From a virus (lineage: Duplodnaviria > Heunggongvirae > Uroviricota > Caudoviricetes): a stretch of DNA of 50,504 nt. A program made the position numbers and the translations under genes. Positions 1 through 7,969 of the stretch are shown here, in pieces (position 1 is the first letter of the stretch; each line of letters begins with the position of its first letter). The stretch lies in the IMG/VR virus record IMGVR_UViG_3300050821_008494, one strand, 5' to 3'. Under the pieces are notes generated by a model that was not told the origin of the DNA, did not search any database, and was given only the letters and a program-made list of their open reading frames with translations.

Positions 1-1
1 C

Positions 2-3000
2 AACGCGCTCACTCAGGGAGCCCACACATTCACAGGGAGCATAGGACTCCTCAACGCAACCAACATAGGGTGGGACTTTAATTCAGGCACCAATACAATC
101 TCCGCTATACTCAGTGGGGTCGTTACCTCAATTACAGTTAGCGGCACCAACGTTCTATCCGGAGCACTTACATTCGTTTCATCAGGTCCTATTAGCGTTG
201 GCAACGTAGGAAATCAAGTCATCTTCGGCTGTCCTACCTGCATAACAACTTCGAACATAGCATCGGATGCAGTTACAGCACTTACTCAGGGAGGTCATAC
301 TTTCGTCGGAAGCATTGGCCTTACTAACTCTACGGGAATAGGATGGGACTTCAACAATGGAGCCAATTCGATAAAGGCCATCTTCCTTACTCCACTACAC
401 TTCTACCAGTATGGAACCCAAGCACTTACAAGCGGAACTGCTTCACTCGACGGACAGGTCTTTGTGTCAGCGAAGACACTGTCAATTGGTGGATTCGCCA
501 CTCCTGCCTCGTCAACAACAGTTCACGCCGGAACAGGATACACTCTTCTCCAATCAAGTCTTCCGGGATATGGAGCAGAGTATCTGACTTCCCCTGAGCC
601 TGTGCCTGATATCACTCCTGTGAATTACAATGCTACGCAAACAGTAGGAGGGCCTTGGGTCGAGGTAGGATTTACAGGGCAACCACACGGCGGGGCAGCA
701 GACTCATTTACCCAAAAGACATCAGGCTCTTGCACAAGTTGTAGTTCCCTTGCAGTCTCATATGTTTCTGGAGTCACAAGTGGTCACAGGTCTATGGTAG
801 TCATATCTTGGCAAGACAGCGCCCCTGCTTCTGCTCCTACTACAATCTCAAGCATAGTAGACACGCTTACCTTTTCCTATTCTCCTCTAGTTACAAACAG
901 TGGTCCTTCTGCAGGACCCGGAGCGGGTGGAGTCACAACACAAGAATACATTTCTTCTTCGATATGGTCCGCTCCTATCACTAGCAGCGGCTCCGATACA
1001 GTAACGGTCACCATGTCAGCAACGGAGGCAGATTTAGCAGTAGAAATTTTGGAGTGCAACGGTTGCGTAATCGGTGCAAGTCAAGAGACTTCTCAGGGAT
1101 ATGGAGGGAATGGGCTCATACTTTCAACATCTGCAATAAAGGAAACTGCCACATCTCCAATCACCGCTACATACAATCAACTTTCACAGAGTCTCACAAT
1201 TGCCTGTCCAACATGCGCAGTAACATCCTCCGTCGTATCAGCACTCACTCAGGGTTCCCATACTTTTACAGGGAGTATTGGTCTGACGAACTCGACAAAC
1301 GTCGGATGGGATTTCAACACAGGCTCAAACTCAATCGAGGCCATTTTGAGCGGCGTGGTAACCTCTGTTGGTGCATCTTCACCAATCGTCTCAAGTGGAG
1401 GAACAACCCCTTCGATTTCGTGCCCGACCTGCATCACTACCAGTAACATAGGCTCAAACGCCGTGACTTCTATTCAGCAAGGCTCTCACACATTCATCGG
1501 AAACGTCGCTCTTGTGAACTCGACGAGTGTCCTCTGGGACTTCAATACTGGCGCAAACTCAATCAAGGCCCTTGTGACAGGGGTCGTGACGTCAGTCGGT
1601 GGTTCAGGTCCCATAAGTTCTAGCGGAGGAACCACTCCAACAATATCCTGCTCGACTTGCATAACGACAGGCAACATAGCATCGAACGCAGTCACGGCAA
1701 TTACACAGGGCTCCCATACTTTCGTTGGCAGTGTGGCTCTAGTCAACTCTACTTCCGTGCTGTGGGACTTTAACACTGGTGCCAACTCAATCAAGGGTAT
1801 TGTTACAGGCTTCGTGACAACCGTCAACGGAGCATCCGGTGCGATAACTCTCGCTGCGACTTCCCCTATAACCGTTGGGACAGTAGGCAGCACGATAACT
1901 TACGCTTGCGGCACTTGCCTCACGTCTGCAGTCACGGCGTTGACTCAAGGCTCTCACACCTTCACAGGCAGCGTCGGTCTTCTCAATTCGACTGCCATAG
2001 GCTTCGACTTCAACACAGGGGCAAACACAGTCAAGGCAATAATCCTAAGTCAAGCGTGTCCTCAAGGTGCAGCCGTCTCTACGCAGGCACAGACTCCATT
2101 GTGCTCCTACTTCTACCAGTATGGCTCTCAAGCATTGACGAGCGGCTCAGCAGGCCTTACAGGAGATGTCTTCTTCCCGGCGAATTCGCTTCTGTTCGCT
2201 GCATACTCTTCATTCTCCGCAGCTACAGCAGGAACAGGTTACACAAACCTCCAAGGCTCGTTCTCCAACTACGGAGGCGAATATCAGCAAATTGCTTCAG
2301 CAGGTGCTACGAACTTCCCTCTCACGCAAACTACCAGCGGCCCCTATGTTGAAGTCGGCGTAGCCTCTAATCCAACCGGCGGCAACACGGCAACATACGA
2401 GGAAAGCGCAGCAGCTTCCTGCACCTCTTGTTCAAGTAAGGCAGTTGCCTTCGGAACCAACGTTGTAAGTGGAGACCAAGTCTTTGTGGCAGTCTCTTGG
2501 GCTACAGGAGCAGCAACACCCATCGCAATATCAACTGTCACCGACACACGCTCTGCAAGTTACTCCGGTCTAGTCACTCAGAACGGAATAGTATCAACCC
2601 AATCATCGCAATCTGCTTCTATGTGGGCAGCAACGCTCGGCTCTAGCGGAGCAGACACAGTCACAGTAACTATGGCCTCTTCTGTCAATACCATTTCCGT
2701 CTCAATACTCGAATGTCTCAACTGCCAGATTTCCGGAGCAGGGAACTACGAGACAAGTCAGGGCTATCAAGCTCAAGGTAACATCATGGGAACCACGGCA
2801 GTAGACATAGCAGCGACTTCTCCGATAACTGCAACATACAATCAGGGCCTCGACCTCCTGACACTAGCCTGCGGCACCTGCGAGACTTCGGCTTCTACCT
2901 TCGTCAACTCAATCGCCGTAGGAGCCAACACGTTGACCGGTGCCATAACAGATGCCGCAACTTCTCCAATAACAGTAGCCAACGTAGGCAACACCATAAC

Positions 3001-5296
3001 CTACGCCTGCGGGACTTGCGTCACGACGGCTACGAACATAGTCAATTCTTTGGCTCAAGGAAGTGACACGGCACTTCACGGAGTCCTCACTTTCACTAAT
3101 TCCACTTCAATAGGTATAGACCAAGCAGCATCTTCATTCTCCTTCAAACTTCTCAACCTCTCTTGTCCGACACATCAGTGGTTCTCCTCCGTTACCAGTA
3201 ACGCCCTAACTTGCACTCAGCCTGCCGTAGGAGACATCAGCGGCAACATAGTCAATGCAATCACTCAGGGCTCTCACACGTTTGTCGGAAGTGTCGGCCT
3301 TACGAACTCAACTAACATCGGATGGGACTTCAATACTGGAACGAATTCAATCAAGGGAATCATCTCAGGAGTAGTCACATCAGTGACAGGGACGTCGCCA
3401 ATCGTCTCCTCCGGAGGAACAACACCGGTAATCAGCTGCCCTGATTGCGCCACTCTTCCTTCCGCTTCTCCTGTCCTAGCTCAAAGCACTAGCACGAATA
3501 CCTGTAGCATATCCTCATCCTCAGCGAGCGCAGGTTTCACTACAGCCCTCACCTACACAACCAGCTCAACCACATCAGGTAATCTCTACGTTGCTCAGGC
3601 ATTCAACGTAGCATCACCGGCTACATCGGCACTTACAAGCACATGGCAGTTCATCTGGGGCTCAGGCTCCGCTCCGGCTTGCGCTGCCACTTCGGGTCTC
3701 GGGACAGCGGTGGGCCAGCCATACATCATACAGACTCAAGTCGGAGCAGCAGGCAGCTGGGGCCAATCAGAGGGAGTCGTAATCACGGGCCTAGCAGCAA
3801 GCACAACATACTGGTTCGACGTTCAAGTCACGGACTCTTCATCGGCTACATGGGTCTACTCCAATCAGGCCATAAGCGTAGACGAGCCGCAGGCTTCATT
3901 CAACACAGTCCCGACCGTCTCCCAGAATACAAACACGAATACTTGCACTCACACGGGAGCCGCTACTGACCTGATGGGAGGGCTGGCGGCAACCTACACC
4001 ACCCAGACTGCTGCCAACTTCGGCTCCGGTAACATACGCGCCACTCTCACCTTCATGACCAAGTCACCGGCAACTTCCGGCGACACCTACAAGTGGATTG
4101 TTGCCTACGGAACCGGAAGCGCACCTGCCTGTAATGCGGCAACTTCAGGGACGACTGTTGGGAAGCAGTTCACAGTAGAGAGTCAAGCGGCAGCAGTCAC
4201 AAGCCTAGCCCAGACCGAAACAGTTGTCATTGACGGCCTTCTTCACGGGACAGCCTACTGGTTTGACGTTCAGGCAACTGACGCATCGGTTAATCAATGG
4301 ATAACTTCTGCTCCTACTCTAGCTGTCAAGGAGGCTCCGAGCGAGCAGCAGAACAACGTCCCATCTAACGTCGTGTATCCTCTCTCCGCTCAGACTGCCG
4401 GATGCGTCACAACTACAGCAACAACGACCATGGCTGGCTTGAGAGAAGTCTACACATTGACCTCTAGCAGTTCCGGAACAATATGGGGCTCACTCACATT
4501 CAACGTCCTCGCCTCCGGAACAATAGCAGCAGGTTCAACTTCTGCTTGGACTGTGGCATACGGTGACATAACCGCCAACACTATGCCTGCCTGTGCTGCT
4601 GCCTCTGTAGGGACTTCTGTTGGAGGAACCTACACCCTCAAAACGCTCAACACGGTAGCCTTCTCCGAAGGTCAGCACGAGTCATTCGTAATCACAGGAC
4701 TGACAGCAGGCCACACCTACTGGTTCGACCTGAAGGTTACGAATACAGGCTCAACATTCACTTCAACATACAGCGTCCCAACTCTCACAATAACCGACGT
4801 TCCGCTTCAGGGAGACGTTCAGGGAGGCTCTATCGTCCACAGCAATCAGATACAGCTGACAGGAAACGCTCCGGCGTGCACAGTAGCAACAGCCAGTGTC
4901 ATAATGGGAGGTATGTCGGTAATACCGACGACTGCCAATCCTCCTATGGAATACCAGACGACGAGCTACGGAACAGGTGTAGTCACTGTTACCATGGCAG
5001 TCCAAGTTACTACTGCGGCGACTCTAAGCGCAACCTACGGATGGCAGTTCTCATACGGAACAGTTACAGACGGAACAGCGAACCCTGCTTGTAACTCTGC
5101 CGCAGCAGGAACAAAGATTGGGAACCTCTACACCATTACCGACCCTGCAGCGGTCGCAGACAAGTTTCAACAGACCATAACGGTTACTTTGAATCTGAGC
5201 CACGCTACCATGTATTGGTTCGACTTTCAGGACACCAACTCAGTAACGACAGCAGTCAACACGATTCCTCAGATAACCGTCACCGAGGCCGGTTAA
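2..5296 (+). CDS. Giant repeat-built adhesin / tail-fibre-like protein, 5'-truncated (>1,760 aa)
   Basis: Frame 2 is open from base 2 (NALTQGAHTF...), so the track's 464 start is internal. Ser/Thr/Gly/Ala-rich and nearly uncharged, with internal repeats, CxxC linkers and four C-terminal modules. Fibre/adhesin role is inferred. Confidence 0.7.
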   Translation, partial: NALTQGAHTFTGSIGLLNATNIGWDFNSGTNTISAILSGVVTSITVSGTNVLSGALTFVSSGPISVGNVGNQVIFGCPTCITTSNIASDAVTALTQGGHTFVGSIGLTNSTGIGWDFNNGANSIKAIFLTPLHFYQYGTQALTSGTASLDGQVFVSAKTLSIGGFATPASSTTVHAGTGYTLLQSSLPGYGAEYLTSPEPVPDITPVNYNATQTVGGPWVEVGFTGQPHGGAADSFTQKTSGSCTSCSSLAVSYVSGVTSGHRSMVVISWQDSAPASAPTTISSIVDTLTFSYSPLVTNSGPSAGPGAGGVTTQEYISSSIWSAPITSSGSDTVTVTMSATEADLAVEILECNGCVIGASQETSQGYGGNGLILSTSAIKETATSPITATYNQLSQSLTIACPTCAVTSSVVSALTQGSHTFTGSIGLTNSTNVGWDFNTGSNSIEAILSGVVTSVGASSPIVSSGGTTPSISCPTCITTSNIGSNAVTSIQQGSHTFIGNVALVNSTSVLWDFNTGANSIKALVTGVVTSVGGSGPISSSGGTTPTISCSTCITTGNIASNAVTAITQGSHTFVGSVALVNSTSVLWDFNTGANSIKGIVTGFVTTVNGASGAITLAATSPITVGTVGSTITYACGTCLTSAVTALTQGSHTFTGSVGLLNSTAIGFDFNTGANTVKAIILSQACPQGAAVSTQAQTPLCSYFYQYGSQALTSGSAGLTGDVFFPANSLLFAAYSSFSAATAGTGYTNLQGSFSNYGGEYQQIASAGATNFPLTQTTSGPYVEVGVASNPTGGNTATYEESAAASCTSCSSKAVAFGTNVVSGDQVFVAVSWATGAATPIAISTVTDTRSASYSGLVTQNGIVSTQSSQSASMWAATLGSSGADTVTVTMASSVNTISVSILECLNCQISGAGNYETSQGYQAQGNIMGTTAVDIAATSPITATYNQGLDLLTLACGTCETSASTFVNSIAVGANTLTGAITDAATSPITVANVGNTITYACGTCVTTATNIVNSLAQGSDTALHGVLTFTNSTSIGIDQAASSFSFKLLNLSCPTHQWFSSVTSNALTCTQPAVGDISGNIVNAITQGSHTFVGSVGLTNSTNIGWDFNTGTNSIKGIISGVVTSVTGTSPIVSSGGTTPVISCPDCATLPSASPVLAQSTSTNTCSISSSSASAGFTTALTYTTSSTTSGNLYVAQAFNVASPATSALTSTWQFIWGSGSAPACAATSGLGTAVGQPYIIQTQVGAAGSWGQSEGVVITGLAASTTYWFDVQVTDSSSATWVYSNQAISVDEPQASFNTVPTVSQNTNTNTCTHTGAATDLMGGLAATYTTQTAANFGSGNIRATLTFMTKSPATSGDTYKWIVAYGTGSAPACNAATSGTTVGKQFTVESQAAAVTSLAQTETVVIDGLLHGTAYWFDVQATDASVNQWITSAPTLAVKEAPSEQQNNVPSNVVYPLSAQTAGCVTTTATTTMAGLREVYTLTSSSSGTIWGSLTFNVLASGTIAAGSTSAWTVAYGDITANTMPACAAASVGTSVGGTYTLKTLNTVAFSEGQHESFVITGLTAGHTYWFDLKVTNTGSTFTSTYSVPTLTITDVPLQGDVQGGSIVHSNQIQLTGNAPACTVATASVIMGGMSVIPTTANPPMEYQTTSYGTGVVTVTMAVQVTTAATLSATYGWQFSYGTVTDGTANPACNSAAAGTKIGNLYTITDPAAVADKFQQTITVTLNLSHATMYWFDFQDTNSVTTAVNTIPQITVTEAG
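11..3340 (+). repeat. Dispersed ~30-aa coding repeat TQGSHTFxGS(I/V)xLxNSTx(I/V)xWDFNTGxNS(I/V)K
   Basis: Copies start near 11, 284, 1247, 1475, 1703, 1943 and 3263, with a degenerate copy (AQGSDT) near 3052. Confidence 0.9.
3500..5290 (+). repeat. Four tandem ~150-165-aa modules ending in YWFD
   Basis: YWFD at about 3809, 4256, 4718 and 5213, each preceded by a PAC(A/N)...GT.(V/I)G..(Y/F) motif. Confidence 0.85.
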
Positions 5297-5356
5297 GTCC
5301 TTACAGAACTCGTTCAACAAGACTCGCTTATTAGCTCTGCAAAGTCAACAACCGCT

Positions 5357-5608
5357 ATGGGACTTAGTGACGTCAAACTCAGCGACCTCTTAGGGGCACG
5401 AACCATAGTCGTTGCCATTCTTTTCGTTCTGTTCATCCTCGACCCAATCAGTTACCTCGTGTGGGCAATGATTGTGTCGTATCTCCTTCTGGCAATCTTC
5501 TTCCGGCTCGGCTCCGTCGCGAAGTCTAACAAAGAACTCGCAGCCGCAAACAGGGACCTCGCCCTCGCGATAAAGCAGCACCCCGAACTCGGAGGCAAGT
5601 CAGGCTGA
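5357..5608 (+). CDS. Small membrane protein (holin-like)
   Basis: 83 aa, two hydrophobic stretches and a charged C-terminus, directly after the fibre gene. Confidence 0.5.
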   Translation: MGLSDVKLSDLLGARTIVVAILFVLFILDPISYLVWAMIVSYLLLAIFFRLGSVAKSNKELAAANRDLALAIKQHPELGGKSG

Positions 5609-7017
5609 CATCTCTACTCCGGTCTATCGGCATCGCTGCTATCTTTGCCGCGATTCTGGGAGCCTCATTCATTCCTCTAACCTCTGCTCAGACCCCTTCC
5701 TGCACCAACAGCATAGGGAGTAACGTGACCTGCGCAATAACTAGCCATATGTCGAGCTTCACGTGTCAGAGCAATGACACAGTATACGTCGATGCCAAAG
5801 TAAACAATGCCAACTGCCAGACCAACGACGACTTCACAATTCAAGCCGGAGGCTCCATAGGCGTTCTCAGCTGCGTCTCCGGTTGCCTAGAGGGAGGAGC
5901 CACTTCTACTACTTTCACAAGCACAATCATCATGAGCACGTCTACGACGGCTACAGTAACCGACACCAGCACTAGCACAGTCACCAAGACTACGACTTCT
6001 ACGGTTACTCAGAATGTCACTTCGACTAACACAGCAACAGCGACAACTACAAGCACCGCCACAGCTACAGCCACAACCACAGTAACAGCAACGGCTACGG
6101 CGACGGCTACAACAACAAGCACATCAACAGCGACTATTACGAGCACCTCGACAAATACCGCTACGGTCACTTCGACTGATACTCAAACCTCTACCGAGAC
6201 CTCTACGCAGACATTGAACTCAACTACAACTCAGACAGTATCAGTTACGCAGACCGTCACGGTAACTCAAACTCAGACATCGACTTCTACTTCCACCTCT
6301 ACCTCCACTTCGACAGTCACAGTCACTACCACGACAACGTCAACTACTACAAAGGAGGTTTCCTGCGGAACCTGTCTCTACATTACGTTCCAAGTTTACC
6401 CGGTAAGTCAAGTCTCTGGGACTCAGAGGTGGGACGGCAATTACTTCCTCGACCTAGCAGAACTCAACAGCCAAAACCAAGCCGTGAAGACTGTCTGTTC
6501 TACTTCCTACGCTCCGAAAGGTAGCACTGCCCCGCTCACCTGCTCCGGATGGCTGGACGCAGGTGACGGAATCAGTCCTTACGAAACGTATGGTGGGGTG
6601 GACAGCTCTGGAGTCTGGACAGGAGGAACGGGCTGCATTCATGATAGCATCTGGAATGGAATCCCAACACAGAATGACTCGTTCTATTCTTGCAACTTCC
6701 ATCTCACCTACATCAACAGCTTCGTCTTCTCCGCGCAGAGCCCCACGTCATGGGACATCAATTCCCAAGTCATACTATGGGGAACAGTTGCTGGTGTCCC
6801 TCACTCATATCCCTGCGGAGCCTCTATCGTTGTAGGAGCTACCAACGTGCCATGCTCTCCGAGTGTAGGATATTATTCACAAGGCTTCATGCAGGTAGAC
6901 AACGGGACAACCATAGCAATCCCTACATCCATAGGTAGCTGGATTCTAAACGGCTCCTCTATCTACACAATCACCTCAGGTGCTAACATCTACAATCTCG
7001 AATACGACGAAGGCTGA
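5605..7017 (+). CDS. Secreted Thr-rich protein; probable CTG start adds a signal peptide
   Basis: Frame is open upstream of GTG 5725 to CTG 5605, which overlaps the upstream TGA and follows GGAGG (5591-5595). The extension reads MTSLLRSIGIAAIFAAILGASFIPLTSA-Q. Thr/Ser low-complexity linker at about 5900-6350 between Cys-containing domains. Confidence 0.7.
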   Translation: MTSLLRSIGIAAIFAAILGASFIPLTSAQTPSCTNSIGSNVTCAITSHMSSFTCQSNDTVYVDAKVNNANCQTNDDFTIQAGGSIGVLSCVSGCLEGGATSTTFTSTIIMSTSTTATVTDTSTSTVTKTTTSTVTQNVTSTNTATATTTSTATATATTTVTATATATATTTSTSTATITSTSTNTATVTSTDTQTSTETSTQTLNSTTTQTVSVTQTVTVTQTQTSTSTSTSTSTSTVTVTTTTTSTTTKEVSCGTCLYITFQVYPVSQVSGTQRWDGNYFLDLAELNSQNQAVKTVCSTSYAPKGSTAPLTCSGWLDAGDGISPYETYGGVDSSGVWTGGTGCIHDSIWNGIPTQNDSFYSCNFHLTYINSFVFSAQSPTSWDINSQVILWGTVAGVPHSYPCGASIVVGATNVPCSPSVGYYSQGFMQVDNGTTIAIPTSIGSWILNGSSIYTITSGANIYNLEYDEG

Positions 7018-7056
7018 CTTGGTAGAAATAAATAGCACACGAGGCCCCAATCCATA

Positions 7057-7428
7057 ATGCTAAGTCCTCTCGTCGGAGCAGGAATCCTCCACAGCGACTG
7101 GCTGATACTTCTCTTCCTTCTGGCAATCCCTTTCACTGCCATGGGAATCGTTCGCTTCTTCGTCTCATGGAAGGCCTCGGACCAATACGACATCATACTC
7201 TGCGCGGTCGGCTTCCTCATGATGGCAATCTGTGCAGTCACAGCACAGCAGCAGGACTTCGAGACCGCAACAGGAGCAATCCAGACCTACCAAGGAGAGT
7301 ATTGGTGGACATACATCCTCTACCCTTTCGCTCTCATCGACCTCGTCTTGACAATACTCTCGACTGTCATAACCCTCGGCACAGTCTTCAAACGCCGCAA
7401 GCAGAAGTTCGTCCCAGACTACTACTAA
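7057..7428 (+). CDS. Three-TM membrane protein
   Basis: Three hydrophobic segments, basic C-tail KRRKQK, AT-rich AAATAAATA upstream. Confidence 0.65.
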   Translation: MLSPLVGAGILHSDWLILLFLLAIPFTAMGIVRFFVSWKASDQYDIILCAVGFLMMAICAVTAQQQDFETATGAIQTYQGEYWWTYILYPFALIDLVLTILSTVITLGTVFKRRKQKFVPDYY

Positions 7429-7457
7429 TCCCAAACCCAACACGACACCAAAATGCA

Positions 7458-7502
7458 AACAGGAAATCTGCGATGACAATATATGACCTTAAGATAAGGT
7501 CA
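7458..7502 (+). promoter_or_regulatory. Promoter with palindromic operator (copy 1)
   Basis: ACAGGAAA, then ATATAT, then perfect inverted repeat TGACCTTA-AGA-TAAGGTCA (7484-7502), 5 nt before ATG 7508. Confidence 0.75.
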
Positions 7503-7507
7503 ATCCC

Positions 7508-7966
7508 ATGTGTGCAAACTGGACGACTGGAAAAATGGCGAGCGGCCTAGACGAAGTCTTTGGTAGTTTTGTAGCCGAAGCTCGAAGGCTGAACTCGCTC
7601 CCTGAAATCGACGCAATCGAGTTCGACTACTCTGCCCGTCACCTAGCCTCCGAAATCAAAATCTCCGGAGTCAAGGTGATGATGGTTCAAGGCCACGTCT
7701 ACGTCGGAGAGAAGGCGTGCCTTGGGAGCTTCGACTCCAAGGGAGAGTTCGGCTTCAAGAACCTCATCAAGATAAGCAACACCCAAGACAAGGTCGAGAA
7801 TATCGACACCTTCCTCCACGAGATGTTCCACAAGTGGCAGCATAGCGACATCTCAGCCTTCCAGCGTGCTATCGCCGCAGGCAGCTTCGAGAAGGAGACC
7901 GTTGCCTTCACCAAGAAGGTTATGGCAGAGGCCGGAATCAAGTCCAAGTCCAAGGAGGAGGAATAG
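7508..7966 (+). CDS. Zincin-like metalloprotein (HExxH)
   Basis: TFLHEMFHKWQH with downstream Glu (FEKET). Confidence 0.6.
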   Translation: MCANWTTGKMASGLDEVFGSFVAEARRLNSLPEIDAIEFDYSARHLASEIKISGVKVMMVQGHVYVGEKACLGSFDSKGEFGFKNLIKISNTQDKVENIDTFLHEMFHKWQHSDISAFQRAIAAGSFEKETVAFTKKVMAEAGIKSKSKEEE

Positions 7967-7969
7967 ACC

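Noticed and set aside
11-5290. CRISPR array or DGR template/variable repeats
   Set aside because: The repeats are in-frame coding units with synonymous divergence, not identical repeats with unique spacers or adenine-specific mismatches; no reverse transcriptase is in the window.
5900-6350. Tandem-repeat or origin-like element in the AC-rich tract
   Set aside because: It is explained by Thr/Ser low-complexity coding sequence.
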